A DNA stretch of 32,000 bases from Synechococcus elongatus PCC 6301 (GCF_000010065.1 NC_006576.1:2220001-2252000), one strand, 5' to 3'; positions 15,639 through 24,223 are shown, counted from the stretch's first letter. Numbers and translations are program-made. The notes: generated by a model from the letters alone, not told the origin.

Positions 15639-16820
15639 TTGCAGGTCACTTTTCTTGGTACGAGTTCCGGCGTACCCACGCGATCGCGCAATGTCTCGGC
15701 CGTTGCACTGCGCTTGCCCCAGCGTGCCGAGGTCTGGCTGTTTGACTGTGGCGAGGGCACACAGCATCAATTTCTGCGGAGTGAACTGCGGATCAGTCAG
15801 CTACGGCGCATCTTCGTCACCCACATGCACGGCGATCATGTCTTCGGTTTGATGGGGTTGTTGGCCAGTGTGGGTTTGGCGGGAAATCCAGAGCGCATCG
15901 ACCTCTATGGTCCCAAGCCCCTGCGTGATTATTTGCAGGCCTGCGCCCAGCATTCGCGCACCCATATCAACTATCCGTTGCAGATTGCGACGGTGCAGCC
16001 GGGAGTGATCTACGAAGATGCAGAGATCGTTGTCAGTTGTGCGCCCTTGCATCACCGTGTGCCGGCCTTTGGCTACCGCATTCAAGAGCGCGATCGCCCC
16101 GGTCGGTTTGATGTTGAGAAAGCACGATCGCTGGGCATTCCGCCAGGGCCAATTTACAAGCAACTGAAGGATGGCGAGACGGTCACTCTAGAAGATGGTC
16201 GCCAGATTGACGGTCGGCAGCTCTGCGGCCCAACAGAGCGCGGCCGTAGCATGGTCTATTGCACCGACACGATTTTCTGTGAGTCAGCGATCGCACTGGC
16301 TCAGGATGCCGATGTCCTGATTCACGAGTCGACCTTTTCCGATCGCGATCGCGAGATGGCTGAGCAGCGCTTGCATGCGACGGCGACAATGGCAGCAGAG
16401 GTCGCCAAACAAGCGGGTGTCCGGCAGTTGATCCTCACCCACTTCAGCCCGCGTTATGCCCCAGGCAATGAGCAGACCCTCGATGATTTGCTCGCGGAAG
16501 CCCAGGCCATTTTCCCGCAGACGATGCTGGCCAAGGATTTCCTCAGCTACGATGTGCCCCGCCGTCTAGCTGCAGATGCAGATGAGCCGACGGAAGTTCC
16601 AGCCGTCGCTAAAAGCCCGAGTCAGCCAGAGCCCAGCGCGATCGTTCCTGACTCGCGGCGGAAGCCTCAAATTACCAAGGAAGTGTTGGTGGCTCGCTTC
16701 AGTGGAGAAGGAGAACCAGCCCATCGTGCCGCCTATCGCTACCTGCGGGAAACCTGCGGTGTGACCCCTAAAGGGCGGAGCTGGGAGGCTGTGCTGGCAG
16801 CCTTCAACAGCTTGGATTAG
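15639..16820 (+). CDS. rnz: Ribonuclease Z (tRNA 3' endonuclease) with ~80-aa C-terminal extension
   Basis: TTG start giving (M)[13 protein letters not shown]. It has the metallo-beta-lactamase HMHGDH motif, and [10 protein letters not shown] lies near the canonical C-terminus. Confidence 0.9.
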   Translation: MQVTFLGTSSGVPTRSRNVSAVALRLPQRAEVWLFDCGEGTQHQFLRSELRISQLRRIFVTHMHGDHVFGLMGLLASVGLAGNPERIDLYGPKPLRDYLQACAQHSRTHINYPLQIATVQPGVIYEDAEIVVSCAPLHHRVPAFGYRIQERDRPGRFDVEKARSLGIPPGPIYKQLKDGETVTLEDGRQIDGRQLCGPTERGRSMVYCTDTIFCESAIALAQDADVLIHESTFSDRDREMAEQRLHATATMAAEVAKQAGVRQLILTHFSPRYAPGNEQTLDDLLAEAQAIFPQTMLAKDFLSYDVPRRLAADADEPTEVPAVAKSPSQPEPSAIVPDSRRKPQITKEVLVARFSGEGEPAHRAAYRYLRETCGVTPKGRSWEAVLAAFNSLD

Positions 16821-17033
16821 CAGCGATCGCTGAACTTGTCACAAGTTTGCAACGGAGCCTAACAACTTTCTCATTTGCCTCGCCCCTGCATGGTAAATAT
16901 TGAGGATGGTTTTGGTTGCCTTTGGCTGCTGCAAATCATTTTGCCCTGTAGCCAAACCGCCTCAACCTCTTCATCACATTGGGCTGGCGAGAGCTGTCCT
17001 CTTCGAGAGCTAGTCAGGAGCAGTTCACCATCC

Positions 17034-17537
17034 ATGGTTTTCAAGACGCTGAGAAGAACCCTCTGGCTGACTTTGGCGGCCCTGCTTGCCGTGTTTCAGT
17101 TCAATCTTGGTGCCGCTCAGGCCGCTGAACTGACAGCAGAAACTCGCACAGTCAAGCTGAATCCCCAAGGCGACAATGTCACGTTGAGCCTGAAGCAGGT
17201 GGCTGAAGGCAAACAACTGTTCGCCTATGCCTGCGGTCAATGCCATGTGGGTGGCATTACCAAGACTGACCCGAACGTGGGTCTTGATCCTGAGGCTTTG
17301 GCGCTGGCCACCCCGCCTCGCGATAGCGTCGAAAGCTTGGTGGACTATCTGCATAACCCCACCACCTACGATGGTGAGCGCGAGATTTCGGAATTGCACC
17401 CCAGCACCAAGAGCACCGATATCTTCCCGAAAATGCGTAACCTGACGGAAGACGATCTGGTGGCAATCTCGGGTCACATTCTGCTGCAACCCAAGATCGT
17501 CGGTACTAAGTGGGGCGGCGGCAAGATTTACTACTAA
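17034..17537 (+). CDS. psbV: Cytochrome c-550 (PsbV), PSII extrinsic subunit
   Basis: The ATG at 17034 follows AGGAG at 17016-17020. It has a signal peptide ending AQA, the heme site CGQCH, and TPPRD..E.LVDY..NPTTYDGE and KWGGGKIYY, which are classic PsbV. The track's longer N-terminus is unlikely. Confidence 0.92.
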   Translation: MVFKTLRRTLWLTLAALLAVFQFNLGAAQAAELTAETRTVKLNPQGDNVTLSLKQVAEGKQLFAYACGQCHVGGITKTDPNVGLDPEALALATPPRDSVESLVDYLHNPTTYDGEREISELHPSTKSTDIFPKMRNLTEDDLVAISGHILLQPKIVGTKWGGGKIYY

Positions 17538-17569
17538 GCCGCGATTCTCGCTATTCAAGTTTGAACCAG

Positions 17570-17595
17570 AGCCGGGCCGAGCGTCCGGCTTTTTT
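17570..17595 (+). terminator. Rho-independent terminator of psbV
   Basis: AGCCGG-(loop)-CCGGCT forms a GC-rich stem of 6-8 bp that runs into TTTTTT (17590-17595). Confidence 0.7.
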
Positions 17596-17896
17596 GTAGT
17601 GGCTTGTAGAACACACATCGTTGAGCAAAAAATTTAGGACGTTTATCTCTGAACTAATCAGCCTCAAGTCTGTGGTCAACACCGGCTAGTTTTACCCGTT
17701 GCGATCGCTTCTCCACCGATAAGTCCTACCCGAAATCTTGTTGCGGGGGGCTGGGGGAGTCGAGTCCCCTAGTGCATGGGTGTGGGGGTGCGCAATCACC
17801 CCCACGGACAGCGGCTGTTGATTCTAAGCCAACTCCTTCGTCAAATTGTCCTCACCCGATAGAAGGCTGCTATGGCTGACTGCTTTAAACGGGCAA

Positions 17897-20665
17897 TCAG
17901 ACGAGCTGCCGCTCGACTCGCACGATGTTTTCGGTGAGATGCTCGAAGGTGTCGTCGTGGCTGATCACAAAGAGCTGCCGGAAGCTCTGAAGATTGCCGA
18001 TCGCATCTGCCAACTGGCGTCGCCGTTGTAAATCCATGTTGGTGGTTGGCTCATCAAAGAAAGCGATTGGGCATTGACCGATGACGCGCAGCAGCGCCAA
18101 GCGCACGGCGAGGGCTGCACACATCTGTTCGCCACCCGAGAGGGTTTTGAACGAGCGCCAGCGCCCGCTTTCCTGAACCCGAATTTCGTAGTCCTCTGTC
18201 CAGTCGAGGGCGACACCGGGACGGGCGAGTAGCTCGCGGTAGAGGCGATCGCCTTCGCGGCTGATTTCGCCGATAAAGTAGCGACTCAAGCGCGGGCCGC
18301 TCTGGTTATAAATCCGGCGCGCAGTTTCGATGAACTGGCCGATCGCCTGATGCTGTTCCAACTGCTGTTGTTGCTCCGCCAGTGTTTGGGCGGCAGCTTG
18401 GCGACGACCAATTTCAGTCTGCAATCGTTGCTGTTCTTGTTCTAAGCCAGGTAGGGCACCGGTGAGGCGCTGACATTCTCCTTCCAGTGCCTGCCAGGTT
18501 TGTTCCGCGGCAGAAAGGATAGCTAGATCAAGGGCTGGTTCAGCTGCGATCGCCTCTTGCAAGAGCTGCCATTGAGCCTGAAGTTGCGCCAGTTGCTCGC
18601 TGGTCTGCTGGAGCTGGGCTTCCCGTTCTGGCAGTTGTTGGCTGATCGACTCAGCTTGCAGGTAGCGCCGATAATCCTCGGCTGCTTGTTGGCGAGCTTG
18701 CTCCGCTTGATTGAGTTGCTCTTCGAGTTCAGCCAGGGCTTCGAGGCGATCGCGCAGCGGTTGAATCTGAGGTTGAAGCTGGGCTTGTTGGGCTTGATTT
18801 TGCTGGAGCTCACTTACGACCTTCGCGCTAGCTTGCAGTTGCGATCGCAATAGTTGTAGCTCCCGCCGCGGAGCGCCGAGCGCTTGTAACTCTGATTCGG
18901 TTTGGGCGATCGCGGTAATGACTGCAGGAGCCGCCTGTAGTTCCGTCGAGAGTTGGCGGCGTTCCTGCTCAAGTGACTGCTGTTCGGTCTGAAGTTTCTG
19001 CAGCTGCTGTTCCAACAATGTTTGCTGCTCGACCTGTTTTTCGAGGGCGCGGAGCTGGGCTAGCGTCTGCTGCTGTTGCTGCAACTGTTGGCTGAGAGCG
19101 ATGCGATCGCCGCCTCCCAGTTGAGCAAAAAAGGCCTGCTGATCGTCGAGTTGGCTGGCGAGTAGTTGTAGCCCTTGTTCTAGCGTCTCGCCAACCTGAG
19201 CTAAATGAGTTTGGTAGAGCGGTAGCGCAGTCTGTAGGTCTTGCAGTTGCGCCTGAGCTGCAGTGACGGCTTGCTGATGCTGGGCGATCGCAGCCGTGAA
19301 GGTCTCTAGCTGGGTTCGGCGATCTTGCGCGAGATTACCCAGCGTGTCGGCTCTAGCCAAGCGTGCCTGCAATTGCTCGATTTCAGCCTGGCAGCGGGGA
19401 AGTTCAGCTAGCTGTACTGCTAACCCCTGTAATTCGCTTAGCCGCTGTTGCAGGGACTGTTGTTCTGTCGCGATCGCTTTCAACCGTTGCTGGAGCCAAT
19501 GACGGCGTTGCTCCAGTTGACTCAGCGCCTGTTGCTGCTGCTGCTGTTGCCGAAGGGCTGCTTCTAGTTGCTCTTGTTGCTGAAGATCGGGTTGGCGCTG
19601 CTCGATCTGTCGTTGCCAATCGGCCTGCAAAGCGACCTGCTGCTCCAACCCTGCGGCGGTTTCCCGTAACTGGTTGAGCTGCTGCTGCCACTGACTGAGC
19701 TGGCGTCGCCCTTGTTCTCGCTGCCGCAGTTGTCCATTTAGAGCTTGAATCTGCTCCGTCAAGCTCTGATAGCGCTGCCATCCCTCTCGACTGGCGCCCA
19801 GGATCTGCTGCGCAGCGATCGCTTCATCCCGCGATCGAGCTTGGGCTTGCTGCTGCTGCTCCAAAGCCTGTCGTTGCACTTCGAGCTGTTGCCGCTGCTG
19901 TTGGCGCTGTTGCTGCTGTTGGGCTTGTTGTTTGATTTGTTGCAGATGGGTCAGCGCCTGCTGCCGCGCTTGCTGGCGTTGCCGTAGGAGCGATCGCTGC
20001 TGTTCTAGGCTCTGGCTGATCTCCTGAAGTTGCTGTTCCAGTGTTGGCAGATCCGCCACCTCCGCACTCAGGATGGCGACTTGTTGGGCGATCGCCTGCT
20101 GCTGGCCCTCGGCATAGCGCTGTAGGTCGATCGACTGGCGATGGGCATCTCGGTAGGATTCCAGACCGAGGATGGGATCAAAAATGCGGCGGCGATCGCT
20201 GGGTGTTTTCAGAAAATCAGCCGTAAACGTGCCCTGAGGAATGCCGATGACTTCCGCAAACAGCCGCGATAGATCCATCCCTGCTCGAAAGCCAAGATGG
20301 TCGCAGAGCCATAGCCGCGCTGCGCTGACATTCTCAAGGTTGTCCAGCTTCAACCCCAGCTCGGGATCGTAAATCTGGTAGCTGTCGGGGCGGTTTTTGA
20401 AGGAGCGCCGCTGCACCTCGTAATAGCGACCGTCGCGGGCCGACACCAGCCCAACGGTGACGCTGGTATTACTCTCGCCCTGCCGCCGCAACTCTTCCTT
20501 GCGATAGCCACTGTCAAAGTCAAAGAGGGTCCAGGCGATCGCCTCAAGAATTGAGGTTTTGCCGGCCCCATTTTCGCCACAGATGGCATTGACGCCCAGC
20601 CGGAACTCAAACGCAGCTTCGGCATGGGTTTTGAAGTTGCGTAGACTGACCGAGCGAATTTCCAT
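17897..20665 (-). CDS. SbcC/Rad50/SMC-like ABC ATPase with very long Gln-rich coiled coil
   Basis: Walker A is GENGAGKTS at the N-terminus. The C-terminal head carries LSGGE, Walker B IAFFDEPT and VISHD. About 650 aa of heptad-like, Q/L/E/A-rich sequence lies between them. Confidence 0.8.
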   Translation of the reverse strand: MEIRSVSLRNFKTHAEAAFEFRLGVNAICGENGAGKTSILEAIAWTLFDFDSGYRKEELRRQGESNTSVTVGLVSARDGRYYEVQRRSFKNRPDSYQIYDPELGLKLDNLENVSAARLWLCDHLGFRAGMDLSRLFAEVIGIPQGTFTADFLKTPSDRRRIFDPILGLESYRDAHRQSIDLQRYAEGQQQAIAQQVAILSAEVADLPTLEQQLQEISQSLEQQRSLLRQRQQARQQALTHLQQIKQQAQQQQQRQQQRQQLEVQRQALEQQQQAQARSRDEAIAAQQILGASREGWQRYQSLTEQIQALNGQLRQREQGRRQLSQWQQQLNQLRETAAGLEQQVALQADWQRQIEQRQPDLQQQEQLEAALRQQQQQQQALSQLEQRRHWLQQRLKAIATEQQSLQQRLSELQGLAVQLAELPRCQAEIEQLQARLARADTLGNLAQDRRTQLETFTAAIAQHQQAVTAAQAQLQDLQTALPLYQTHLAQVGETLEQGLQLLASQLDDQQAFFAQLGGGDRIALSQQLQQQQQTLAQLRALEKQVEQQTLLEQQLQKLQTEQQSLEQERRQLSTELQAAPAVITAIAQTESELQALGAPRRELQLLRSQLQASAKVVSELQQNQAQQAQLQPQIQPLRDRLEALAELEEQLNQAEQARQQAAEDYRRYLQAESISQQLPEREAQLQQTSEQLAQLQAQWQLLQEAIAAEPALDLAILSAAEQTWQALEGECQRLTGALPGLEQEQQRLQTEIGRRQAAAQTLAEQQQQLEQHQAIGQFIETARRIYNQSGPRLSRYFIGEISREGDRLYRELLARPGVALDWTEDYEIRVQESGRWRSFKTLSGGEQMCAALAVRLALLRVIGQCPIAFFDEPTTNMDLQRRRQLADAIGNLQSFRQLFVISHDDTFEHLTENIVRVERQLV

Positions 20666-20676
20666 AGCAACGGATT

Positions 20677-21183
20677 TTAGCCGCCGTAGTTCCAGCCGGT
20701 GCTTTCCAGCGTCAGCAGGTCCCCCTCGCTGTGTAAGCCTGCAGCAATCACTTCACCGACGAAAACCGTGTGATCCCCGTGCTCAACCTTGCCGACTACA
20801 CGGCATTCGACGTAGCCCAGGGCCTCTTCCAAAATTGGGCAACCGGTGGCTTCGCCGAGGTAGGCGTTGACCGTTTCAAATTTATTGGCAACCAAGCGCT
20901 GCGGCTTAAAGAATTGAGCGGCCAGATCCTTCTGGCCTGCTTCCAAGAAGCTCAAGCTGAAGACGCCGCTTGCCGAGAGCATGGCATGGGAGCGCGAGTC
21001 GGATTTGACACAGTTGATCACTAAGGGCGGCTGGAACGAGCCCTGCATCACCCAGCTGGCAGTAAAGCCGTTGATCTCCTCGCCATCCTTGACGCCGCAA
21101 ACGTAAAGACCATGCGGAATTTTGCGCAGCAAGGTCTTTTTAGCTTGTTCGTCCAACATCGGGTGGCTCTCCAACGCGCTCAT
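20677..21183 (-). CDS. Flavin reductase-like (FMN-binding split-barrel, DIM6/NTAB-type) protein
   Basis: The ATG at 21183 (MSALESHP...) avoids overlapping coaD. LYVCGV...NGFTASWVMQGSFQPPLV...GDHTVFVGEV fits the flavin reductase-like domain. Its stop lies 11 nt before the SbcC-like start. Confidence 0.75.
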   Translation of the reverse strand: MSALESHPMLDEQAKKTLLRKIPHGLYVCGVKDGEEINGFTASWVMQGSFQPPLVINCVKSDSRSHAMLSASGVFSLSFLEAGQKDLAAQFFKPQRLVANKFETVNAYLGEATGCPILEEALGYVECRVVGKVEHGDHTVFVGEVIAAGLHSEGDLLTLESTGWNYGG

Positions 21184-21248
21184 CTGTATCCCAGTGTAGA
21201 ATCCGCGGGGCTGTGGGCTAAGATTGAGCCACCGCAACGAGTCCTGTT

Positions 21249-21749
21249 TTGAACGCCATCTATCCTGGCAGTTTCGATCCAATCACCTTTGGCCACCTCG
21301 ACATCATTGAGCGCGGCTGTCGCCTCTTTGACCAGGTCTACGTAGCAGTCTTACGCAACCCCAACAAGCAGCCAATGTTCTCGGTGCAGGAGCGCTTGGA
21401 ACAAATTGCCAAGGCGATCGCTCATCTACCGAATGCTCAAGTAGATAGTTTTGAAGGCTTGACGGTCAACTATGCGCGCCAACGCCAAGCCGGTGCCATT
21501 CTGCGCGGCCTGCGGGTGCTCTCCGACTTTGAGCTGGAGTTGCAGATGGCGAATACGAATAAAACGTTGGCGAGTGATTTGGAAACGGTGTTTCTGACAA
21601 CATCAACGGAATACAGTTTCCTCAGTAGCAGCCTTGTGAAAGAGGTGGCGCGCTTTGGGGGCAATGTTGAACATTTCGTGCCCAGCCATGTGGCAGCCGC
21701 CCTTTATGATCAGTTTCACCCTGTTGTAGAGCGCGATCGCCTGACGTGA
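21249..21749 (+). CDS. coaD: Phosphopantetheine adenylyltransferase
   Basis: TTG start giving (M)[19 protein letters not shown], followed by RGLR..SDFE.E..MA..N and SSSLVKE. Confidence 0.92.
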   Translation: MNAIYPGSFDPITFGHLDIIERGCRLFDQVYVAVLRNPNKQPMFSVQERLEQIAKAIAHLPNAQVDSFEGLTVNYARQRQAGAILRGLRVLSDFELELQMANTNKTLASDLETVFLTTSTEYSFLSSSLVKEVARFGGNVEHFVPSHVAAALYDQFHPVVERDRLT

Positions 21750-22432
21750 CCCAAGCCCAATCACTCGATGTCTTGAACTTGCTAGAGCAGCTCGAAGAGT
21801 CTGTGCTCGACGGGACTCGCGTGCCGCTTTCGGGGCGCATTCTGGTTCGAGAAAACGACCTGCTCGACCTGTTAGATGACGTGCGTGCCGGGTTGCCCGC
21901 TGCGATTCAACAAGCTCAGCAAATCCTCGAGCGCCAAGCCCAAATTTTGGCTGACGCCCAACAGCAAGCACAGGCGATCGTGGCGCAGGCGCAGCAAGAA
22001 CGGGCCCTGCTGATTGACCAAAACAGTATTCGGCTTCAAGCTGAGCGCGATGCGCAGCAGCTCCGCCAAACCCTTCAACAGGAATGTGATGCCCTTCGGC
22101 AACAGGCGATCGCGGAAGCAACACAAGTGCGGGGCGAGGCCCAACAGTTCCAGCTCCAAGTCCGCCAGGAAACCGACAGTCTTCGCCAGCAGACCCAAGC
22201 CGAAATCGAGCAGCTGCGCAGCCAAACTCAACAGCAGCTATCTGAGCAGCGCCAAAGGATTTTGGTCGAATGTGAGGAGTTGCGGCGGGGTGCTGACAGC
22301 TATGCTGACCAAGTTCTGCGGGACATGGAGCAGCGATTGACCCAGATGATGCAGATCATCCGCAATGGTCGTCAGGCCCTGAACTTGAGCGAAAATACGC
22401 CGCCCCCTGCTCCCCGTCGGCGATCGCGCTAA
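21746..22432 (+). CDS. cdv3: DivIVA-like Gln-rich coiled-coil protein (Cdv3-like cell-division protein)
   Basis: Its GTG start overlaps the coaD stop (GTGA). The short N-terminal domain ([26 protein letters not shown]) is followed by a long Q/A/E/R coiled coil. The Cdv3 assignment rests on my memory of the S. elongatus gene order, not on a search. Confidence 0.6.
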   Translation: MTQAQSLDVLNLLEQLEESVLDGTRVPLSGRILVRENDLLDLLDDVRAGLPAAIQQAQQILERQAQILADAQQQAQAIVAQAQQERALLIDQNSIRLQAERDAQQLRQTLQQECDALRQQAIAEATQVRGEAQQFQLQVRQETDSLRQQTQAEIEQLRSQTQQQLSEQRQRILVECEELRRGADSYADQVLRDMEQRLTQMMQIIRNGRQALNLSENTPPPAPRRRSR

Positions 22433-22580
22433 TTGACGACTACTCGGCTGCATCGGCCTGTAGCGGTGAGACACCCACAGACTCTGCCGGGGTACCCAAG
22501 GTAGTTGAATGGTTCGTACGGTCCAACACCGTCCTCAAGGATAAAGCTCGTATCCCAGTGTTTGGGGCCAGACGAGAGGC

Positions 22581-23402
22581 TTAAATCCGCTGAATCAAAA
22601 TCGGTTTGGCAAGGTGCTTTTGAGGGGCCTTTGCGTTCTCAATCGTGACGGCGACAGCTTGGACTAAACCGCGATCGCGAAAAACGGGCGGTACTGCAAT
22701 GCGCTGGCTGAATTGACCTTGAGCATCGACGCGGAACACTTGGGTCAGGATCGCATCTTTGTCATCAGTCGTGACTGGGGCATTGGGTTTCACCACCGTC
22801 CAGAGCACGTAGACTTCGCCGTCCGCTAAGGGCGGCAAGTTTTTGATGTCGAGGGTCGCTTCCAAATCCTTGGGATCGACAACCACCTGCACAGATGCAT
22901 CTGGGCTGGGCGCGAGGGGTGTGCGCTCGAGGGTGAACACCAGTGGATTTTGATCGGTTGTCCGGCGGCTGACCTGGAGGGATTGTAGGGACTGCCAGAG
23001 AATGATGTTGCTGATGCCTAAGCCGGCAATGACGACAGCCGCCGCAGCGCCGAGTCCCCGTCGCCAACGACTCAGAGGAATGACATTGCTGGGGGCTGGA
23101 CTCGCAGGAATTGATGGAAGAACGGCAGGTCCAGACTCGGGAGTGCGATCGCTGGCTACTGCTGCCTGTTGCAGGACTTCGGCGGCACTCAGAATGGATT
23201 GCTTGAGATAGGTCGGCGGCGCTTGTTCCTCGATGCCAAAGCTTTGCTCGAGGGCTATTTGAGCCTCGCTGACCGCAACCCACAGGTCTGGATCGTCCTG
23301 CAGGAGTTGCTCCAACTCGTCGGCTTCCTCTGGGCTCAGATCCCCAAGGACGTACCCTGCAACGAGTAGCTCAATTTGTTCGGGCGTAACAGGAGCAGTC
23401 AT
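22581..23402 (-). CDS. Anti-sigma factor, RskA-like (single-pass, extracytoplasmic C-terminal domain)
   Basis: It starts 10 nt after the ECF sigma stop. The N-terminal anti-sigma helix region reads ELLVAGYVLGDLSPEEADELEQLL. A TM helix (GAAAAVVIAGLGISNIILW) is followed by a C-terminal domain with VYVLWTV. Confidence 0.75.
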   Translation of the reverse strand: MTAPVTPEQIELLVAGYVLGDLSPEEADELEQLLQDDPDLWVAVSEAQIALEQSFGIEEQAPPTYLKQSILSAAEVLQQAAVASDRTPESGPAVLPSIPASPAPSNVIPLSRWRRGLGAAAAVVIAGLGISNIILWQSLQSLQVSRRTTDQNPLVFTLERTPLAPSPDASVQVVVDPKDLEATLDIKNLPPLADGEVYVLWTVVKPNAPVTTDDKDAILTQVFRVDAQGQFSQRIAVPPVFRDRGLVQAVAVTIENAKAPQKHLAKPILIQRI

Positions 23403-23411
23403 GACAGGAAC

Positions 23412-24002
23412 TCAGCTCAGATCATCTTGAAGCATTTGCCTTAACTTGAGCAGGCCGCGGCGGGCTCTTGCTTTGATCGTTCCCAACGGTTCACTGAGGC
23501 GTTCTGCAATATCCGATTGGGACAACCCTTCGTAGTAGGCCAGTCGCAACACTTGTTGTTGGCTCTCCGGCAGCTGTGCTAGGGCCTTCTGGACTTCTGC
23601 ACTGGTTTCTGCGGCCCCCAAACTGGCAATTGGGGGATCCTCCGTCGCTTCTTGTTTGACCTGGTTTTGCACACGCTCGATCGCTGAAGCTTGGGTGCGC
23701 CGCGATCGCAATCGATCGATGGCTCGCGAACGTGTCAGTACGGCTAAATAAGTCCTGAGGGATCCGCGTTTGGAATCGTAGTGAGAGTGCTGGCGATCGA
23801 CTAAGCGAATAAAAATATCTTGGGTGAGATCCTCTGCCTCTTGAGGATTGCCTAAAACCTGCATGGCGATGCCGTAGACCAGACCGGCATGGCGATCGTA
23901 CAGACGTGCAAGGGCCGCGACCTGCCCCTGTTGGAGCTCTGACCACAGATCTTGATCGTCGCTGTTGGAAGTGCCAGTTGGACTGGAGAATCCAAGGCTC
24001 AT
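23412..24002 (-). CDS. ECF-type RNA polymerase sigma-70 family factor
   Basis: 196 aa. The sigma-2 region reads A.DLTQDIFIRL, and the sigma-4 HTH reads VLRLAYYEGLSQSDIAERLSEPLGTIKARARRGLLKLR. Confidence 0.9.
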   Translation of the reverse strand: MSLGFSSPTGTSNSDDQDLWSELQQGQVAALARLYDRHAGLVYGIAMQVLGNPQEAEDLTQDIFIRLVDRQHSHYDSKRGSLRTYLAVLTRSRAIDRLRSRRTQASAIERVQNQVKQEATEDPPIASLGAAETSAEVQKALAQLPESQQQVLRLAYYEGLSQSDIAERLSEPLGTIKARARRGLLKLRQMLQDDLS

Positions 24003-24116
24003 AACTGAGAGCTTGGTGAATCAGTCCTGAAAATATAACACTGAAAACTTCACTGTTTATTCCATTGCAATCGCTATCAAAAGCGGGCCACGACTGGACG
24101 GTTTGTCGCTGTTGTT

Positions 24117-24164
24117 GAGAGGGATCCTCAAGAATTGAGTTCATGAGTGTTAGCGATCCCTCTC
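24117..24164. repeat. Perfect 10-bp inverted repeat GAGAGGGATC ... GATCCCTCTC (28-nt spacer) between the CHRD gene and the ECF sigma gene
   Basis: Read directly: arms at 24117-24126 and 24155-24164. The spacer contains a nested CTCAA-gaa-TTGAG mini-palindrome. Confidence 0.6.
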
Positions 24165-24223
24165 CCAAAACATTAGGTCTGACAGCAGCAACTCAGGTTA
24201 CTTACTGGGTCAGGACGATCGCG

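Noticed and set aside
16875-17033. 53-codon upstream extension of psbV in the track ORF
   Set aside because: The extension precedes the signal peptide and is Cys/Trp-rich with no function. An AGGAG SD sits just before the ATG at 17034.
17025-17618. 197-aa minus-strand ORF
   Set aside because: It is antisense to psbV, which is unambiguous (CGQCH heme site and conserved C-terminus), and it spans the psbV terminator.
17621-17689. 22-codon TTG-initiated ORF (SKKFRTFISELISLKSVVNTG) in the psbV / SbcC-like gap
   Set aside because: It has no SD, a non-ATG start and no recognisable family, so it is indistinguishable from chance.
17826-17850. Yfr1-like motif (TGTCCTCACCC versus the ACUCCUCACAC core of the cyanobacterial sRNA Yfr1)
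   Set aside because: The match is only partial, the flanking stem-loop arrangement does not fit, and from memory Yfr1 lies in a different genomic context. I kept only the generic structured-gap observation.
18300-20100. Dense short repeats (ctgctg, ttgctg, cagcag-type) that might look like a tandem-repeat or CRISPR-like array
   Set aside because: They have no constant repeat/spacer periodicity. They are the reverse complement of Gln/Leu/Ala codons of the SbcC-like coiled coil, so this is codon-level low complexity.
21603-22124. 173-aa minus-strand ORF across the coaD/cdv3-like junction
   Set aside because: It is antisense to two supported genes and has no motifs.
21185-22556. Exact 12-mer GTATCCCAGTGT present both upstream of coaD (21185-21196) and downstream of the cdv3-like gene (22545-22556)
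   Set aside because: Roughly tens of chance 12-mer pairs are expected in 32 kb on two strands. There is no extended similarity around the matches, so it is probably coincidence despite the suggestive bracketing.
23491-24168. 225-aa minus-strand ORF in an alternate frame of the ECF sigma gene
   Set aside because: The sigma-2 and sigma-4 motifs are in the other frame (23412-24002). This frame gives an Arg/Ser/Pro-rich product and runs through the intergenic inverted repeat.
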